From positions 1 to 64,000 of the forward strand of contig JASTWF010000369.1 of NCBI GenBank assembly GCA_030390025.1: DNA of 64,000 nucleotides. Reading direction: 5' to 3'. This stretch comes from Squalus acanthias. Lineage: Eukaryota. Numbering within the stretch: the stretch's first letter is position 1; each line of letters begins with the position of its first letter. Both the position numbers and the translations under genes were made by a program. A model generated the notes under the pieces. The model ran no database searches. It saw only the letters and a program-made list of their open reading frames with translations, and was not told where the DNA came from. Shown here one piece after another: positions 10,064 to 24,108 of this stretch.

Positions 10064-12935
10064 CTACGTTTCGAAAGGACACAGTTTAAGAGGAGCAGCT
10101 TTTTTATCCTCATCGCACAATCCAGGATACAACAAAGGAAAGAGTTTCTCAGTGAATGTGTCAGTGAAAGTGTAGAGATTGGACATTTCATCAGCATTGT
10201 AAACGGTCACCTGTCCTCCCTCATAAGCCAAGTCCTGGGATTCACACTCGGGGTCAGTGGGACTAATGGGCTTTCAACAGCTCTATATTCATTCCCATTT
10301 AACGGGTGCACAATCCAGTATCCATGTTTAGGCCCCGGGTTTAACTCTCCAATCCTATTGCATGACATTCGGCCAAACCCAAAGTGCACCCAGGCTTGTC
10401 CCTGAAATCGATTGCCCAGTAGTGTTTCCCTGAGTTGAATCCCTGTGACCCAAGGAAAAAGACAGCAGCATTGAATCCCTCCGGGTTATCAGGAAGCTGT
10501 AATTCTCTGTTACCGAGTCTCACACTGGTCCGCTCCTCAGACAGGATAACCTTACGATGCGCTGCGTTTGGCTCCAGGGTCAGTGAGGCTGGGACTGGGG
10601 GAAATAAAAATGACATCATGTTAAACATTTTAGGCAGAGGAAGGTGGACGGAGACAGGTTAACATCTGATGTCTGTAGAACTGGACTCGGCAACCAGTCC
10701 ATAATATCCGTATTAGTAAATAGTGCAGACTGGGTACAGTGTACAGTTATATATGTTCCTAGACTGCAGTGTATGGTGAACAGATATTACAGGGTCCCAG
10801 TCTGATCACTGGCCAGTGAGTCCTTGGTCAGAGAGGAACACAATCAGCCAGGGGTCCCAGTCTGATTACTGTCCAGTGAGTCCTTGGTCACAGGGGAAAA
10901 CAATCAGCCGGGGTCGCAGTCAGATCACGGTCCAATAAGTCCAGTAAATGAGAGTGTCTGGATGTCAAATAAGAAGATGTTCTCATGCCCATATGCTTGA
11001 ATCGCTCAATCTAATGTCCCACATAAAGAATGGACCCTTGATGGAGGCCCCAGAGGCTGCTGCCCAAGTGATCTGTACCCAGCAACAGGCAGCACCTTCA
11101 GGAGAGGGGAAGAGAGCAGGACACTACAGAAAGCGAACATAAAGCTGTGGAGTTGCTTATCTGCATAGATGATCTGTTTCATTTCCTTCCACACTGCGTA
11201 GAGTAATGGGCCTGGAAATACTGTGTATTTCAAACGTGCATCTTCATTTCACCTCTCTCGGCACCTTCAGCTTCCTCACCCTTGTCTCAATCTTTTCAGT
11301 TCTTGCAGGACAGATAATGAGAAACATCTTAAAAAATGCACGAAAACGTTTAGGTTGTAGTTATTATGATGTATAATCAGTGGTTTTAGTAAAATGTGAA
11401 GGGTTCAGGGTGGAATTTTCACTGACGGGCTGCATTGATGCGATACCACTTCAGTTATCCCCGGAATACACTCGACATGGTTTCCTCTGCTGCTGAAGAC
11501 TTTGAAGGTTCACTTATCAGTTCCTTTTATTTCTGGTCTGTATTTTCCTAGTAACAGAGAGCTTGTTTCTGGTCTGTGCGGCCCTGAGCTGGGGACAAGC
11601 ATTTTACACCTAAACACAGTATCCCCTCGATCGTGAGACAACAGCTTATGTACCAGCTTCTGGACACTTCCAGGCAGTTCTGGGGCAACACCCACATGTG
11701 TACACATCAGACGACAAGAGGATTAGGATTATTGTGATGCCCATACAGTCTCATAGCTTCCTGTTGCTCAGTTTTTCTTTAGAGCATTTGTTGTACGCGT
11801 GTGACTGCACCCCAACAAGTTACTGCTCTCAGGGATAGGAACCATGGGACTGTGCACCAGCCTGACACTAATTTAACGACAGGAGAGAAGGGGAGAAAAC
11901 TGAGAGGCGACTGACTTAAACCTGAACAAAGAAACTTCTGTAACATATAGGAGATATTCGCATGATGAATCGATTGATGATGTAATACTAGACGCTGTTA
12001 TACAATGTTTTGCTTTTAACAACAGTGTAAGAGTTAGAGTCACAGGACAAGATCAATATCTTTCCCTCACTCAGGCTCTCAGAACCAGGTGCTGGGAAAC
12101 ACAGAGGGATTTCCAGCAGTAACGGTGTGTAACCCTGGTAACATCCCTAAAAACAGCTCTGATTTATACTGCCGACTGCACACCGCAGTCAAACACGGGG
12201 AATCCAAGGGCTGTGCATCTCTTTAAAAAGATAAAGGTCGAGTTTTCAGTGTCAGTGAAGTGGTTAGTTTCATCGAAGATTGAACTGTCCTCTCAGTTCT
12301 TTACTAAGAATGAAATCATAAAGGGGACCAGCAAGAGCTTTAATAAGTTGCCTTCGCACTGGTTCCAGTTATACAGCGGCCAGTGTGACGACCTGACAGT
12401 GTGGGACAGTCTCCTCGACACTCAGAGCTCAATCCTGACTGATACCTGTTTGTCCTCAGTTATACCACACATTGTGCATTGTTGTGATGGGGTTTGAGCC
12501 CTATTATAAAGTGCTGTTTACACTTACACCAACAGCTTGGGGATTGGGTTATAAAGGGTCACCTTGAGAAAAGAGACACTGTCTCGCTGCTCGATGTCTG
12601 CACAAAGTTTGAATATGTTCTTCTCAAGTGACGTCAGTTCCTCTTCAACACTTTTCACGTCCTTCTGCATTGGTCGCAGAACTTCCTCCTTTTGTCTCCT
12701 TTATTCTTCCATTAAATGTTTCTCTGTGTCTTCAAGATATCGATAGATTTTGGAAAATTGTGTGGTGATGTCTTGCTCTAGGGATGCTGTGAGCTCCGAA
12801 GATGGTGAGAGAGATTATTAAGCTGTGCGTTGTTAAAGGGTGGCAGTGTTTAAAAGTAACAGCAGTAATCCTCACATCCAGTTCTGAAATATTCCGCTCC
12901 TGCTGCCTGGCACGGACTCATGTTCAAGCGCCACA
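10064..12935 (-). pseudogene. TRIM-family (coiled coil + B30.2/PRY-SPRY) pseudogene; exons ~12876-12935, 12563-12796, 11161-11302, 10064-10594
   Basis: RQQERNISELD|gt; 234-bp coiled-coil exon ELTASLEQDI...SFLK with TAA at 12701-12703; GPLLYAVWKEMKQII; PRY start [47 protein letters not shown]; frameshifts in SPRY; no RING/B-box seen. Confidence 0.88.
10791..10942. repeat. ~60-bp tandem repeat, about 2.5 copies, in a TRIM intron
   Basis: GGGTCCCAGTCTGAT(C/T)ACTG...TCCTTGGTCA...CAATCAGCC recurs at 10792, 10852 and about 10911. Confidence 0.75.
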
Positions 12936-13546
12936 TGGTGCTGGTTATATTATTCCTCAAAAAGCTTTCTGCAAAACTGTTTGCTGCAATTTCCCCTCAG
13001 TAACTGAAATTTCTAATTTCCAAAATTAGGTTTTAAACAAACTGAAAATGAAATATAGTTTACAAAAACATAAATATATGTATCCAATGTGTCTTTAATG
13101 ACTGTCATTACAGTTTTTATTTGAACGCCTCAGCCGCTCCCAAAAGCCTGGGCTTGGAGTTGATATTTTTGCCTGAAGCTTTGATTCTGTTCGCTGAATG
13201 CAGATTGTGCGGTCTGCGCAAGCGCAGTGAACTCAATTTGAAAGCGAGAATCAATCCCGTTCAGTCAGTTAAATGGATGGAACATTTTTCTGCAGCTCGA
13301 GCAGTTTCTGCTGAAATGTGCTTTTATTCAAAATGATATGAAGAATAGCGAGAGGACACATTTCAAACGCTTTAGGCTGAAGGTTATATTGAGTAAATTT
13401 TAAACAGCGAGCATGCGTGCAAAGATAGAGAGTGAGCTACATAGAGAATCCCTGAGATTCCTGAGCACTGGAGCGAAATTCCTGTCTTCCATAGGGGAGG
13501 GGACACTGAGAATATCGGGAATGGTGTGAGCACCCGCCAGTAATAT

Positions 13547-13870
13547 GATTCCCATATAGTTATTCAACTTAAATATTGTAAGAAAACTGATTATCATATA
13601 GTTATGTAAAGGAAACATTATAATGAAACGGATTCCCATATAGTTATTACATTTAAACATTATAATGACACTGATTTCCCTATAGTTAATGAATGTAAAT
13701 ATTTTACATTTAATAAAAATAGGGAATAAAGTTCATTACAGTATTTAAATGAAATAACTATGTGGAAATCTGTTTCGTTTCACTATTTACATCAAATAAC
13801 TGTATGGGATTCAGGTTCATTACAATATTTACGTTAAATTCAGTAAAATACGTTACATTACAGTAGCTGG
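13547..13870. repeat. AT-rich degenerate tandem repeat, ~40-45-bp unit
   Basis: GATTCCCATATAGTTA...TAAA(T/C)ATT recurs several times, with some later copies inverted. Confidence 0.55.
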
Positions 13871-16019
13871 GAATTTGTGTTCCTGATGATGGTGTTCACC
13901 ATCATTCCGCATTTGAAACTGACCGCAATTTCGAGATTTCGTTGTGTGAAAATCCTGAAATTGTGGTTTGTCTTTCACTCCTCAGCCAAAGGCTGCGCTG
14001 TACCCATCCCCACCCCCCATCCACCCCAACCCACTCCCCAATCCATCAGTGAAATCTCTCAAATCAGGGAAAGTAACAAACCTTTGGCCCTTCTGCAGTA
14101 ATTAAGCTGTTGAAATCCCCACTAAAAGGTAAATCCAAAGGGATTAGGTTAAACAGGAGTTTAACGGTGTGTTGACTGCTAAACCATGGTTATGGGCCTG
14201 AAAAACCAGTTTCAATTTTGTGCAGTGTAAATTTATAGAATTAATAAAATAATATCGAATTAATAAATATTAAACTTTTTTAAGAAACTTGACAATATAC
14301 ATTTTTTATAAGTTTTTTCATCTTTATGTCAAATTTGCTTTTCCCCATGTGAGAGCTCCAATCTTTGTTTTGCTCTCTAACATTTTTAATACGTTTCAAT
14401 TTTAAGAGTTTACCCACTTCCTTGTTCGCTGTCTTTAAGAGTTATGCATTTTGATTGGATGCTTAGACAGCTTGTTGACATCACAGCAGCTCGCACTAGG
14501 GGATACCCCATTACACTCGGTTGATTTGAATTAGGCGTCGGAAAATCCGACCTTCTCGAGACAGAGTTCACGAGATCTTTATGTGAAACTTTATTCTGGG
14601 CCTGCAGCAAACACCTTTGCTTCTCTGTTGATGACAAATTCCCAACCATATGTGTTCATATTCAGGCTAAGCTGGCTGCCGTCTCAAACGGATGCTTTTG
14701 TCATTTTAAGAGGTTAGCATTATATTAAATTGATTTTAAACCAAGAGGAAACGGCCAATTTGGGTGAATGATCATTTTCAGGCTGTGCCGCCTCTTTTAC
14801 ACTGACTGATTTAATTTCATTGAAGTCCAGGGAATGACAATGGAGCGGTGTGCAACGGGCAAGCAATTGGCTATTGCTTGTTTTTCGCTGCTGCTCAAGA
14901 CGATTTCACCTAAACAAGTCCTAGGGGAATTATAAATTTGGGCGATAGTGTAAAACGGAGGTTATTGAATAAGTGGCCTATTATACTAAACGTCCGATTT
15001 TCCCTCTCATTGAAGTCAATGATTGGGAAATCAGCTGGACCCATAATTGGAATTCGATAGCAGACCATCCATTTTATACAAACGTCCAATGTTAACTTAG
15101 CTTTTACTCCGGCAAAAGCCTGTGTTTCAGCAACTGTTACTTGTTATTCCCACATTCTTGATTCATAGTGGAAATGATGAATAATTAATAAGGGCCAATG
15201 GAGTGATTGTAGCAGCTTACTATCTCCTCTTATTCAAAATTAGTAAACATAAAGTCATTAATTTTAATATATTCTCCCCGGAGGCAAACTGCCGCGATAG
15301 GATCTGCCGGCCATTGACACACGATGGGATGTAAAATTGTGTGGGGTATAAAACGGGTGGTCGGTCAATCCATCAGTTATCCGCCTGGCGTGTTATGTAT
15401 TTTGGCACCGATATTCCGATCGCAGGCCTCCCGCGGGCGGAGGACTGCGATCTGGAAAAATCTGCGCCCTTACCTGAGGGCTCCCGGGACGCGCACAATT
15501 ACGGTGCTGGGCCTCTCCAAACTGCCGGTGCGCAGAGCCCAGGTATCCCAGAGGCGCAGGTAGTTCGCAGCATCCCTGGGATCACGTGGTCCATGGGGAG
15601 ACAATCAAAGAAGGGATTCTCCCTTCATACATTTGCCAGGAAGACCTGTCAAATATATGAATGGAGATCACCCCCAATACATAGTAAAACTTTAAATAAC
15701 TAAAAAAAAATCACATTTTTAAAATGACTTGAATGTACAATAAATTAACTATTTTAAACAAAACTTAAATTTTTTAAAAAACATAATTAAAGATCGGAAA
15801 TTCCGGCCTATTATATAGAATAAACAGCAGAGAAACATCCAGTCCAACTAGTCTGTTCTGGTGTTTGTACTCCACACGAGTTGTTCCCATTCAATCTATA
15901 TCATCTCAGATTTTCAGCACAATCGCTTTTGTCTCATGTAATCTTCCAGTTTCTTTTTCAAAGCGGCTTAGGAGTTTGCCTCACTCCCTTCCTGTGGTAA
16001 CGATTTCCACTTTATAACA

Positions 16020-17380
16020 TCAGCACTTCCTCCAATAAAAGGTGTTGCTCTGGGAACCTGCATGGGTCCTACCTATGCCTGCCTTTTCCTGCGATATATG
16101 GAACATTCTTTGTTCTAGTCCTACTCAGGTCCACTCCCTCACCTCTTTATCTAGTACATGAATGACTGTATCGGTGCCGTTTCTTGCTCTCGGCCTGAAC
16201 TGGAAAAACTCATTCAGTTTGCTTCCAATTTCCACCCTTCCTTCACCTTCACATGGTCCATCTTCAATTCGTCCCTCCCTTCCTCGACTTCTCTGTCTCC
16301 ATCTCTGGGGATCGGCTATCAACAGAAATGCACTATGAGCCCAGTGACTCACACAGCTACCTGGACCACACTTCCTCCCACCCCGCTTCTTGTAAGGACT
16401 CTCTCCCATTCACCATGTTTTTTCCGTCTCTGTCGCATCTGTTCTGACGATGCTACCTTCCATACTAGTGCTTTCGATATGTCTTCCTTTTTCTTCAACC
16501 GAGGATTCCCCTCTAACTTGGTTTACATGCTTCTCGACCATGTGCTTTCCATTTCCCGCACTTCAGCTCCCACCCCTTCCCCATCCTCGCAGACCCGCGA
16601 TAGCATTCGCGTTGTCCTCACCTTTCACCCCACCAGCCTCCTCACCCAATGGATCATCATCCACCATTTCCACCAGCTGCAGCATGATCCCCCACCAGAA
16701 ATCTCATCCTATTCCCTCGCCTTACAGCATTCAAAAGGGAACCCTTCCTCTGTGACACACTGGTTCACTCCTCAATCACCGCCAACACACCCTCCCCTGC
16801 CCATGACACCTTACCGTGCAAGCGCAGGATATGCCACACCTGCTCTTTTGCCTCCTCCCTTCCCACTCTCCAGGGCCTCAACTCTCCTTCCAGGTGAAGC
16901 AGCGATTTACTTGTAAGTCTTGAAATTTAGTATACTGTATTCACTGTTCACGATGTGGTCTCCTCTACATTGGGGAGACCAAATGCTGATTGGTTGAACG
17001 CTTTGTGGAACACCTCGGTTCAGAGCGAATGTGTGAGCTCGAGCTTCAGGCCGCCTGTCAATTTAACTCTCCCTCCACTCCCACTCTGACCTCTCTGTTC
17101 TCGGCCTGTTACACTGTTCCAACGAAGCTCAACGTAAGCTCGAGAAACAGCACCTCATCTTTCGATTAGGCTCGTTACAGCCTTCTGAACACAACATCGA
17201 GTTCAATAATTTCAGACCATATCCTCTGCACCAATGTTTTCAGATGGCAGCTGTTGATGATTTTGCTGTTCACATGCACACCTCTTCTAACCCCATCTTT
17301 TGATTATTTACTTGTCCTATTAACATCTACTTTTGCTTTGAACAATAATAGCTTTTGTCATTTTTTAACTCCCATATATG
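16020..17380 (+). mobile_element. Penelope-like element fragment (RT C-terminus to GIY-YIG), decayed
   Basis: GVALGTCMGP, FNRGFP, VLTFHP and GIY-YIG-region DNA matching 28360-28689; several frameshifts. Confidence 0.85.
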
Positions 17381-17528
17381 AAAACAAACTCACCACAACT
17401 ACCCCGTCCAAACCATTCATAATTTTAAAGACTTCTATCAGGTCACCTGTAAGTCTTCTCTTTTCTAAGTAAAAACGCCCCAAACTGTTCATTCTTACGA
17501 TAGCTGTAATCTCTCCATGCTGGTCCTA

Positions 17529-19990
17529 TAAGAACATAAGAACATAAGAACATAAGAAATAGGAGCAGGAGCAGACCAATCGGCCCCTCGAGCCTGCTCC
17601 GCCATTCAATGAGATCATGGCTGATCTGATCCAACCTCAGCTCTAAAGAACACAAGAAGCAGGAGCAGGACCAGGCCACTCGGCCCCTGGGCCCGCTCCG
17701 CCACCCATAGGTCCTTGACCAATCCGAACTCAAACTCATGTCCAATTTCCAGCCCGCTCCCCGTAATCCCTGATACCCTTTACTTCTAGGAAACGGTCTA
17801 CTTCTGTTTTAAATTTATTTAATGAAGTAGCTTCCACAGCTTCCTGGGGTAGCAAATTCCACAGATCCACTACCCTCTGAGTGAAAAAGTTTCTCCTCAT
17901 CTCAGTTTTGAAAGAGGAGCCCCTTATTCTAAAATTATGTCCCCTAGTTCTAGTTTCACCCATCATTGGGAACATCCTCACCGCGTCCACCCGATCAAGC
18001 CCCTTCACAATCTTATATGTTTCAATAAGATCGCCTCTCATTCTTCTGAACTCCAATGAGTAGAGTCCCAGTCTACTCAACCTCTCCTCGTATGTCCACC
18101 CCCTCACCACCGGAATTAACCGAGTGAACCTTCGTTGTACTGCCTCGAGAGCAAGTATGTCTTTTCTTAAGTGTGGACACCAAAACTGTATGCAGTACTC
18201 CAGGTGCGGTCTCACCAATACCCTATACAACTGCAGCAATACCTCCCTGTTTTTATATTCTATCCCCCTAGCAATAAAAGCCAACATTCCATTGGCTTTC
18301 TTGATCACCTGCTGCACCTGCATACTAACTTTTTGATTTTCTTGCACCAAGACCCCCAGATCCCTTTGTACTGCATAACTTTCCAGTTTCTCGCCATTAT
18401 GATAATAACTTGCTCTCTAATTTTTCCTGCCAAAGTGCATAACCTCACATTTTCCAATATTGTATTGCATCTGCCAAATCTCTGCCCACTCACCCAGCCT
18501 GTCTATATCCCCTTGTAAGTTTTTTATGTCCTCCTCACTCTCTACTTTCCCTCCCATCTTTGTATCATCTGCAAACTTTGATATGTTGCACTCGGTCCCC
18601 TCCTCCAAATCGTTAATAAAGATTGTAAAGAGTTGGGGACCCAGCACCGACCCCTGCGGAACACCACTGGCTACTGGTTCCCAGTCCGAGAATGAACCAT
18701 TTATCCCAACTCTCTGCTTCCTGTTAGATAACCAATCCTCCACCCATGCCAGAATATTACCCCCAATCCAGTGATTTCTAATCTTGAGTAATAATCTTTT
18801 ATGTGGCACCTTGTCGAATGCCTTCTGGAAGTCTAAATACACTACATCCACTGGTTCCCCTTTATCCACCCTGTACGTTATGTCCTCAAAGAACTCGAGC
18901 AAATTTGTCAGACATGACTTCCCCTTCATAAAGCCATGCTGACTTTGTCCTATTAAATTATGTTCATCTAAATGTTCCGTTACTGTCTCCTTAATAATAG
19001 ACTCCAAAATTTTACCCACCACAGATGTTAGGCTAACTTTTCTATAATTTCCAGCCTTCTGCTTCCAACCCTTTTTAAATAAGGGTGTTACATTAACAGT
19101 TTTCCAATCTGCCGGGACCTTTGCTGAGTTCAGGGAGTTTTGGAAAATTATTACCAAAGCATCCACAATTCCTACTGCCAATTCCCTCAAGACCCTAGGA
19201 TGTAAGCCATCAGGTCCAGGGGATTTATCCGCCTTGAGTCCCATTATTTTACTGAGTACCAATTCCTTAGTAATTTTAATCGTATTTAGCTCCTCCCCCA
19301 CTAGAGCCCCCTGTTTGTCCAGTGTTGGGATATTCTGAGTGTCCTCTACTGTAAAGACTGAAACAAAATATTTGTTCAGCATTTTTGCCATCTCCATGTT
19401 TCCCACCATTAATTTCCCGGTCTCATCCTCTAAGGGACCTACGTTTGCCTTAACCACCCTTTTTCTTTTTATATAACTATAGGATCTCTTGCTATCTGTT
19501 TTTATATTTTTTGCTAATTTATTTTCATAGTCTATTTTCCCTTTCCTAATCAATCCTTTAGTTAATTTTTGTTGTCTTTTGAAGAATTCCCAATGTTCTA
19601 TCCTCCCACTAACTTTGGCTACCTTATATGTCCTTGTTTTTAGTTGGATACTTTCTTTAATTTCTTTACTTAGCCATGGATCGCTGTCATTTCTTTTACA
19701 CCCTTTTTTCCTCAGTGGAATATATTTATTTTGAAAGTTGTAAAATAACTCCTTGAATGAACACCACTGCTCATGTACCGTCTTACCCTTTAATCTATTT
19801 TCCCAGTCCACTTTAATCAATTCTGCTCTCATGCCATCATAGTCTCCTTTATTCAAGCTCAGTATGCTTGTTTGAGAACCAACCTTCTCACCCTCTAATT
19901 GGATATGGAATTCAACCATGTTATGGTCACTCATTCCAAGGGGATCCTTAACTAGGACATTATTAATTAATCCAGACTCATTACACAGTA
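17529..19990 (-). mobile_element. Young 5'-truncated CR1 LINE (ORF2 RT), inserted in an older CR1 (17385-17528 and 19991-20380)
   Basis: 525-aa and 204-aa ORFs in one frame, split by a single TAG at 18417; LDFQKAFDKV, GVPQGSVLGP, FADD; (TTCTTATG)n 3' terminus at 17529-17557. Confidence 0.95.
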
Positions 19991-22131
19991 CCATCCTTGT
20001 AAATCATTTGTTTGCATTTTCTCGAGTGCATCTAGGCCCTTTGTATATGATAGTGCACAACACTGAGCACAGTACTCTAAGTGCGGCCTGACCATGGTCC
20101 TGGTCAAATTTAACATAACTTCATTAATTTTGAATTCTATACTCCTGTAAATACATTCACGTGCGTTGTTAGCATTTTTAATTGCTTTGGTGACCTGCGA
20201 TGCTGCTTTAAATGAGGGGTACATCTGTATCCCTAGATCCCTTTGCTCATTTACACCATTTAGTTTCTTCTTTTATCAGGTTTAGGGTTTGCTTATACTT
20301 TACCTACCAAAGAGCATCACCTCACAATATTTTATGTTAAATTGAATTTGCCAGTAACTGCCCAATCTGCAAGCTAGCTTAATATTACTTTAAATGTATA
20401 TTCCCTTGTGTAGATTGAATCATTTTTTTCAAATTATGTTGAAACAAAATCAATGTAAAAACATATTTGAAGTTAATTTACCAGAAAGATAATTTCGACT
20501 TCCTTCATTATGTAAGAAATAAAATCTGCTTCAGAGATATCTCGCTGTTTAAAGCACTTACTCGCTGTGTTGTTTCTATTTGTTCAGTTTAGTTTGATTT
20601 CCTGACGATTGTCTGTACAGTTGTATTTTTAAAACAAACTTTCGTTAATTTACGTTGCGTTTTTGCCACTTCTGCATTGTTAACGTTTTTATTCGATCTT
20701 TGAAATAAAACGATTCGTTGAGCGGTTATGTATTTATTCAACGTTTGTCTGTTAAAGCAGCCTCTTGTTTTAAAGTCTGAAACACTTTATTAACTTGCAA
20801 AGACCTGATGAAAAATCGCTGACTTCAGTATCAACAGAGAGATTTCTGACAAAGTTAATATCGCATTTATGGCCATCCACCGAAATGTTATCAGATCCTG
20901 GGAAGCTCGCACTCCCAGCAATGGTGTCAAACACTTCGTACTATTCCCCGCCAGAAAACAGATTCCACTCACCACTTCTACAAGACTCCGGTTCTACCTC
21001 TGCAGTACTGCCAAATGAAAGGATTGTCTAGGGACCAATTCTCCGATTACCCCATTCCCAGTTCGGCTCAAACCCAGTCACCGTTCCTCCAGTATCAATT
21101 AATCTCAGAACCGCTACCGCAGCGCTGCAGAACCCGGGGCCATCACTTTGTTCTGTCACACCTCAGCACACCTACTGCAAAATGCTGCATTTAATCCTGG
21201 ATTCATAATCTGATTTTTCTTAACCTAAAGTCATATCCCAGCATAACTAAATGTTAGACCTCTGCCTCCATTGGGCAAAATCTAAGCTCACCCACTGCCC
21301 TGCAGGTGAGTCGCAGGACTCCCACAGCAGCTCTTTGATATTCCAGAACACCACCATTGTTAGCAAAATCTATCCCACTCTCTTAATCCTGCCGAAGGTC
21401 ACAACTAAAACTCAGCCCCAACTTTAACGTCAAGTGGTGGGGACAGTACTTCATCTAGTTATCTCTTTTCAAACACTTTATTGTGTGATAGTGCTTGTAA
21501 ACAGGTTAGACATAAATTCAGATCGTGGCTCACGACGTTTTTCAATAAGAAATAAGACCACGGATTCCTTGCTCACCCAGGAATAAACAGACTCAGTGTA
21601 TTATTTGCTGAATACAAGTAAAAACAAGGACATCATGTAATAAAATTCACTTACTCAGTCACCTTAAACCAGTAGCACTGAGAGTATGGAATGATGCTTA
21701 TCGAGCTTATCCCCTCTGTCATTCTAAATTAGCAAGGCCGGGGTTTTCAGTTTCCGCGCTCTCGAACTAGCAAGCCCTGTCCCCCGCTTTTTCATTTGAA
21801 ATGAAAATAAAATCTGGCATGGAGCGCAGAAACAGGAAACGCCAGTTCATATGCTTTCACTGAGGGTGAGCAATTCGACGGGAAATTACACCATGCACAT
21901 ATCTATTGAACAGTTTGGGTGCATTTGGAGGGCTGTAATTGGAGTAATTTTAGTCTTGGGCGATAGTGTAGAATGGATTATATCACATTAGCCGTCCATT
22001 TTACATCACTTCCTGTTTCCTTTGCATTTCAGACAATGCTGCCTGGCGCGCGGTCAATTCGATATCGCCCCTTTTGCATTCATTCCCAGAGTTAAAATGA
22101 TACATTTTGTGTTTTAATTCGGTGAAGCCAT

Positions 22132-23042
22132 TTAACTTACAGAAATAAATACGCTATTAATCCCCAGGGGACGCTTAATGATATATATCAGCTCATCTCT
22201 GAATTTACTCTGGGACACTGCATAAATAAATGTGTTGCTGCAACAACTCAAAGTGAGAAGCATATACCCGGATTGTTCCATAATAGTGAAAGGGTCGTTG
22301 TAATTTGCTTCTAAAAGTTGAGTATCTTCAAATTGAACTACTATATAAGATATGAATGTAACCATCCATAGAAGTATAAAATTGCCAGATATGGCGAGCA
22401 GTAAAAATATGGATTTCCTTCGGTTCTCCATCTCTGGATCATTGTGACTCTGAGCACTGTTGTTTCCACGTAGTCGCCTTCTCACTCTATTGACCAGTAC
22501 AATGTGCCTGATGATCAGAGTATTGAGCAGTAAAATCAACAGAAATGGAGCAAATGGGGTTAAAACTGTTTCCAACCACAGAAATGTTACCCATATAGGG
22601 AAGGTGTAGAAGCTTGATTTTACAATGCAGGACCATGGTTTATTACCAATTTTTTCCCGAGGTTCAAATATAAAGTAGATTGGAACATTCTCTAAAACGC
22701 TCAATCCACACACCACTGCTATAACCACAGCTGCAGTTTCTTTGGTGCAATATTTTGATCGCAACCTTTGGCAACAAATGGCCACAAATCGATCAAAGGT
22801 GAAAGCGACAGTTAACCAGACAGAGCAATCAATGGAAGCAAAACTCAAGGCGAGATTGAGACTGCAAATGGGAGTGTAGTTCAGAAATGAATATGGAAAA
22901 TAAGCATCATTAATGTCATACAGGATTACAGAAAATATCAGGAACAGTAGATCAGCCGATGCCATGGCCACCAGGTAACTGGTGATGCATTTGGAGAGAC
23001 CGCACCTTCCATGGGAGAGAACCACAATAGTCGCTAAATTAG
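22132..23042 (-). CDS. Class A GPCR, GPR139/GPR142-like, exon 2 (spliced product 326 aa)
   Basis: Open frame with TM1 end to TM7: ANLATIVVL, LVAMASADLL, SVWLTVAFTFDRFVAICC, PFLLILLLN, RRKSIFLLLAIS, LSCCSNTFIY; pyrimidine tract plus CAG acceptor at 23043-23045. Confidence 0.92.
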
Positions 23043-23913
23043 CTGAAAAGAAGAGGAAAATGTGATTAGCGCCGGAGCTTATAAAGATTGGATGATCACT
23101 CGCCAGTTTATTGGTATGAAAACCCATGAATTTCTAACCTTGGCCCTCAAAAGTCTCTCCTGGTGGTTTTAACCAAATACGCAGGGTGAGAAACCCACGG
23201 GATTGAGGGTAATACTACTTCAACTCTCCGCCCAATATTACTCACCATTACCTTCAGTAGTGAGTAGAATCGGCACAGTGTTAAACCAGCGCTGCTACCG
23301 ATCCTGTCAGTTTACCGAGGGGCGAGATAGGTTAACATTGCCCCACAGCAGTAGATTGATTGGCTGGTGCGCTGAAAGGAAATTCTGACCTGTTAACACA
23401 ACCCGCCGCATTTTGCATCGTTTGATATTAATTGGCAGGAAAATCCATCGGATTATGCAAAGGTGGCGGTTCCTTTCCGCCAATTCCGGCCGTGAAGAAT
23501 AAATCTCCCCCATAGCTGCCGGTGCGATCATAACAAACTCTGCCGCACCTTGACTTTGGGATTCAAGCAGCATGTTGGCCTTTACTGTGCTGCCTCACAC
23601 CATTTACTGGCCTCAATTTAATGCAACATCCAATATCGCTCAGTTTCACACTGGCAGCCTTCAGTGTTGCTCTGTTAGTGTAAACTTTCCGAGTAGTTGC
23701 TGCTTTTCGAGATCTCGCCTTTCAACAAAACACAGCGGCAAATGCGCCCATGGTTTACAGATATTTGGCAACAGTGAGAAACAATCGCTGCTGCGGGCAC
23801 ATTCCCAGAAAGTTAGTGGGAAATAAACCTTGATGGATATTTTAAATTTTTTTACAATATTCATCAACCAGAACCCAGGTGCGATGCTAATATTTGGCTC
23901 AGTCTGAAAATTA

Positions 23914-24108
23914 ATTACATATAGGAATAGAAAGTTCTGTAAATTTTCAGCAGGTCAGACAGCATATGTGGCGACAGAAACATAGTTAAGGTTTTAGGTC
24001 GATGCTCTTTCATCAGAACTGGTCATCCACCTGAAACTTTAACTCTGTTTCTCTCTTCACATGTGTTAGCTCGCCTGCCGAGGTTTCCATAATCAGCTGT
24101 ATTTTGCT
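23914..24108. mobile_element. Old palindromic Penelope-derived insertion in the GPCR intron, with a decayed hammerhead (23984-24020, minus)
   Basis: TSD TCTGAAAATTA at 23903-23913 and 24109-24119; the paralogous intron near 2845-2900 shows the empty site. Confidence 0.7.

Noticed and set aside
11280..11302. Separate 23-bp TRIM micro-exon ending at GTGAG
   Set aside because: Too little room for an intron plus exon before 11161, and the 142-bp block keeps phase as one exon; not fully excluded.
11540..11940. Possible ancient SINE in a TRIM intron
   Set aside because: No clear A/B boxes or second copy in the window; cannot be supported without a search.
23043..23127. N-terminus MGFHTNK...IFLFFS of the 331-aa ORF as a single-exon GPCR start
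   Set aside because: It is the intron's polypyrimidine tract; exon 1 at 24386-24455 supplies the missing first half of TM1 in the right phase.
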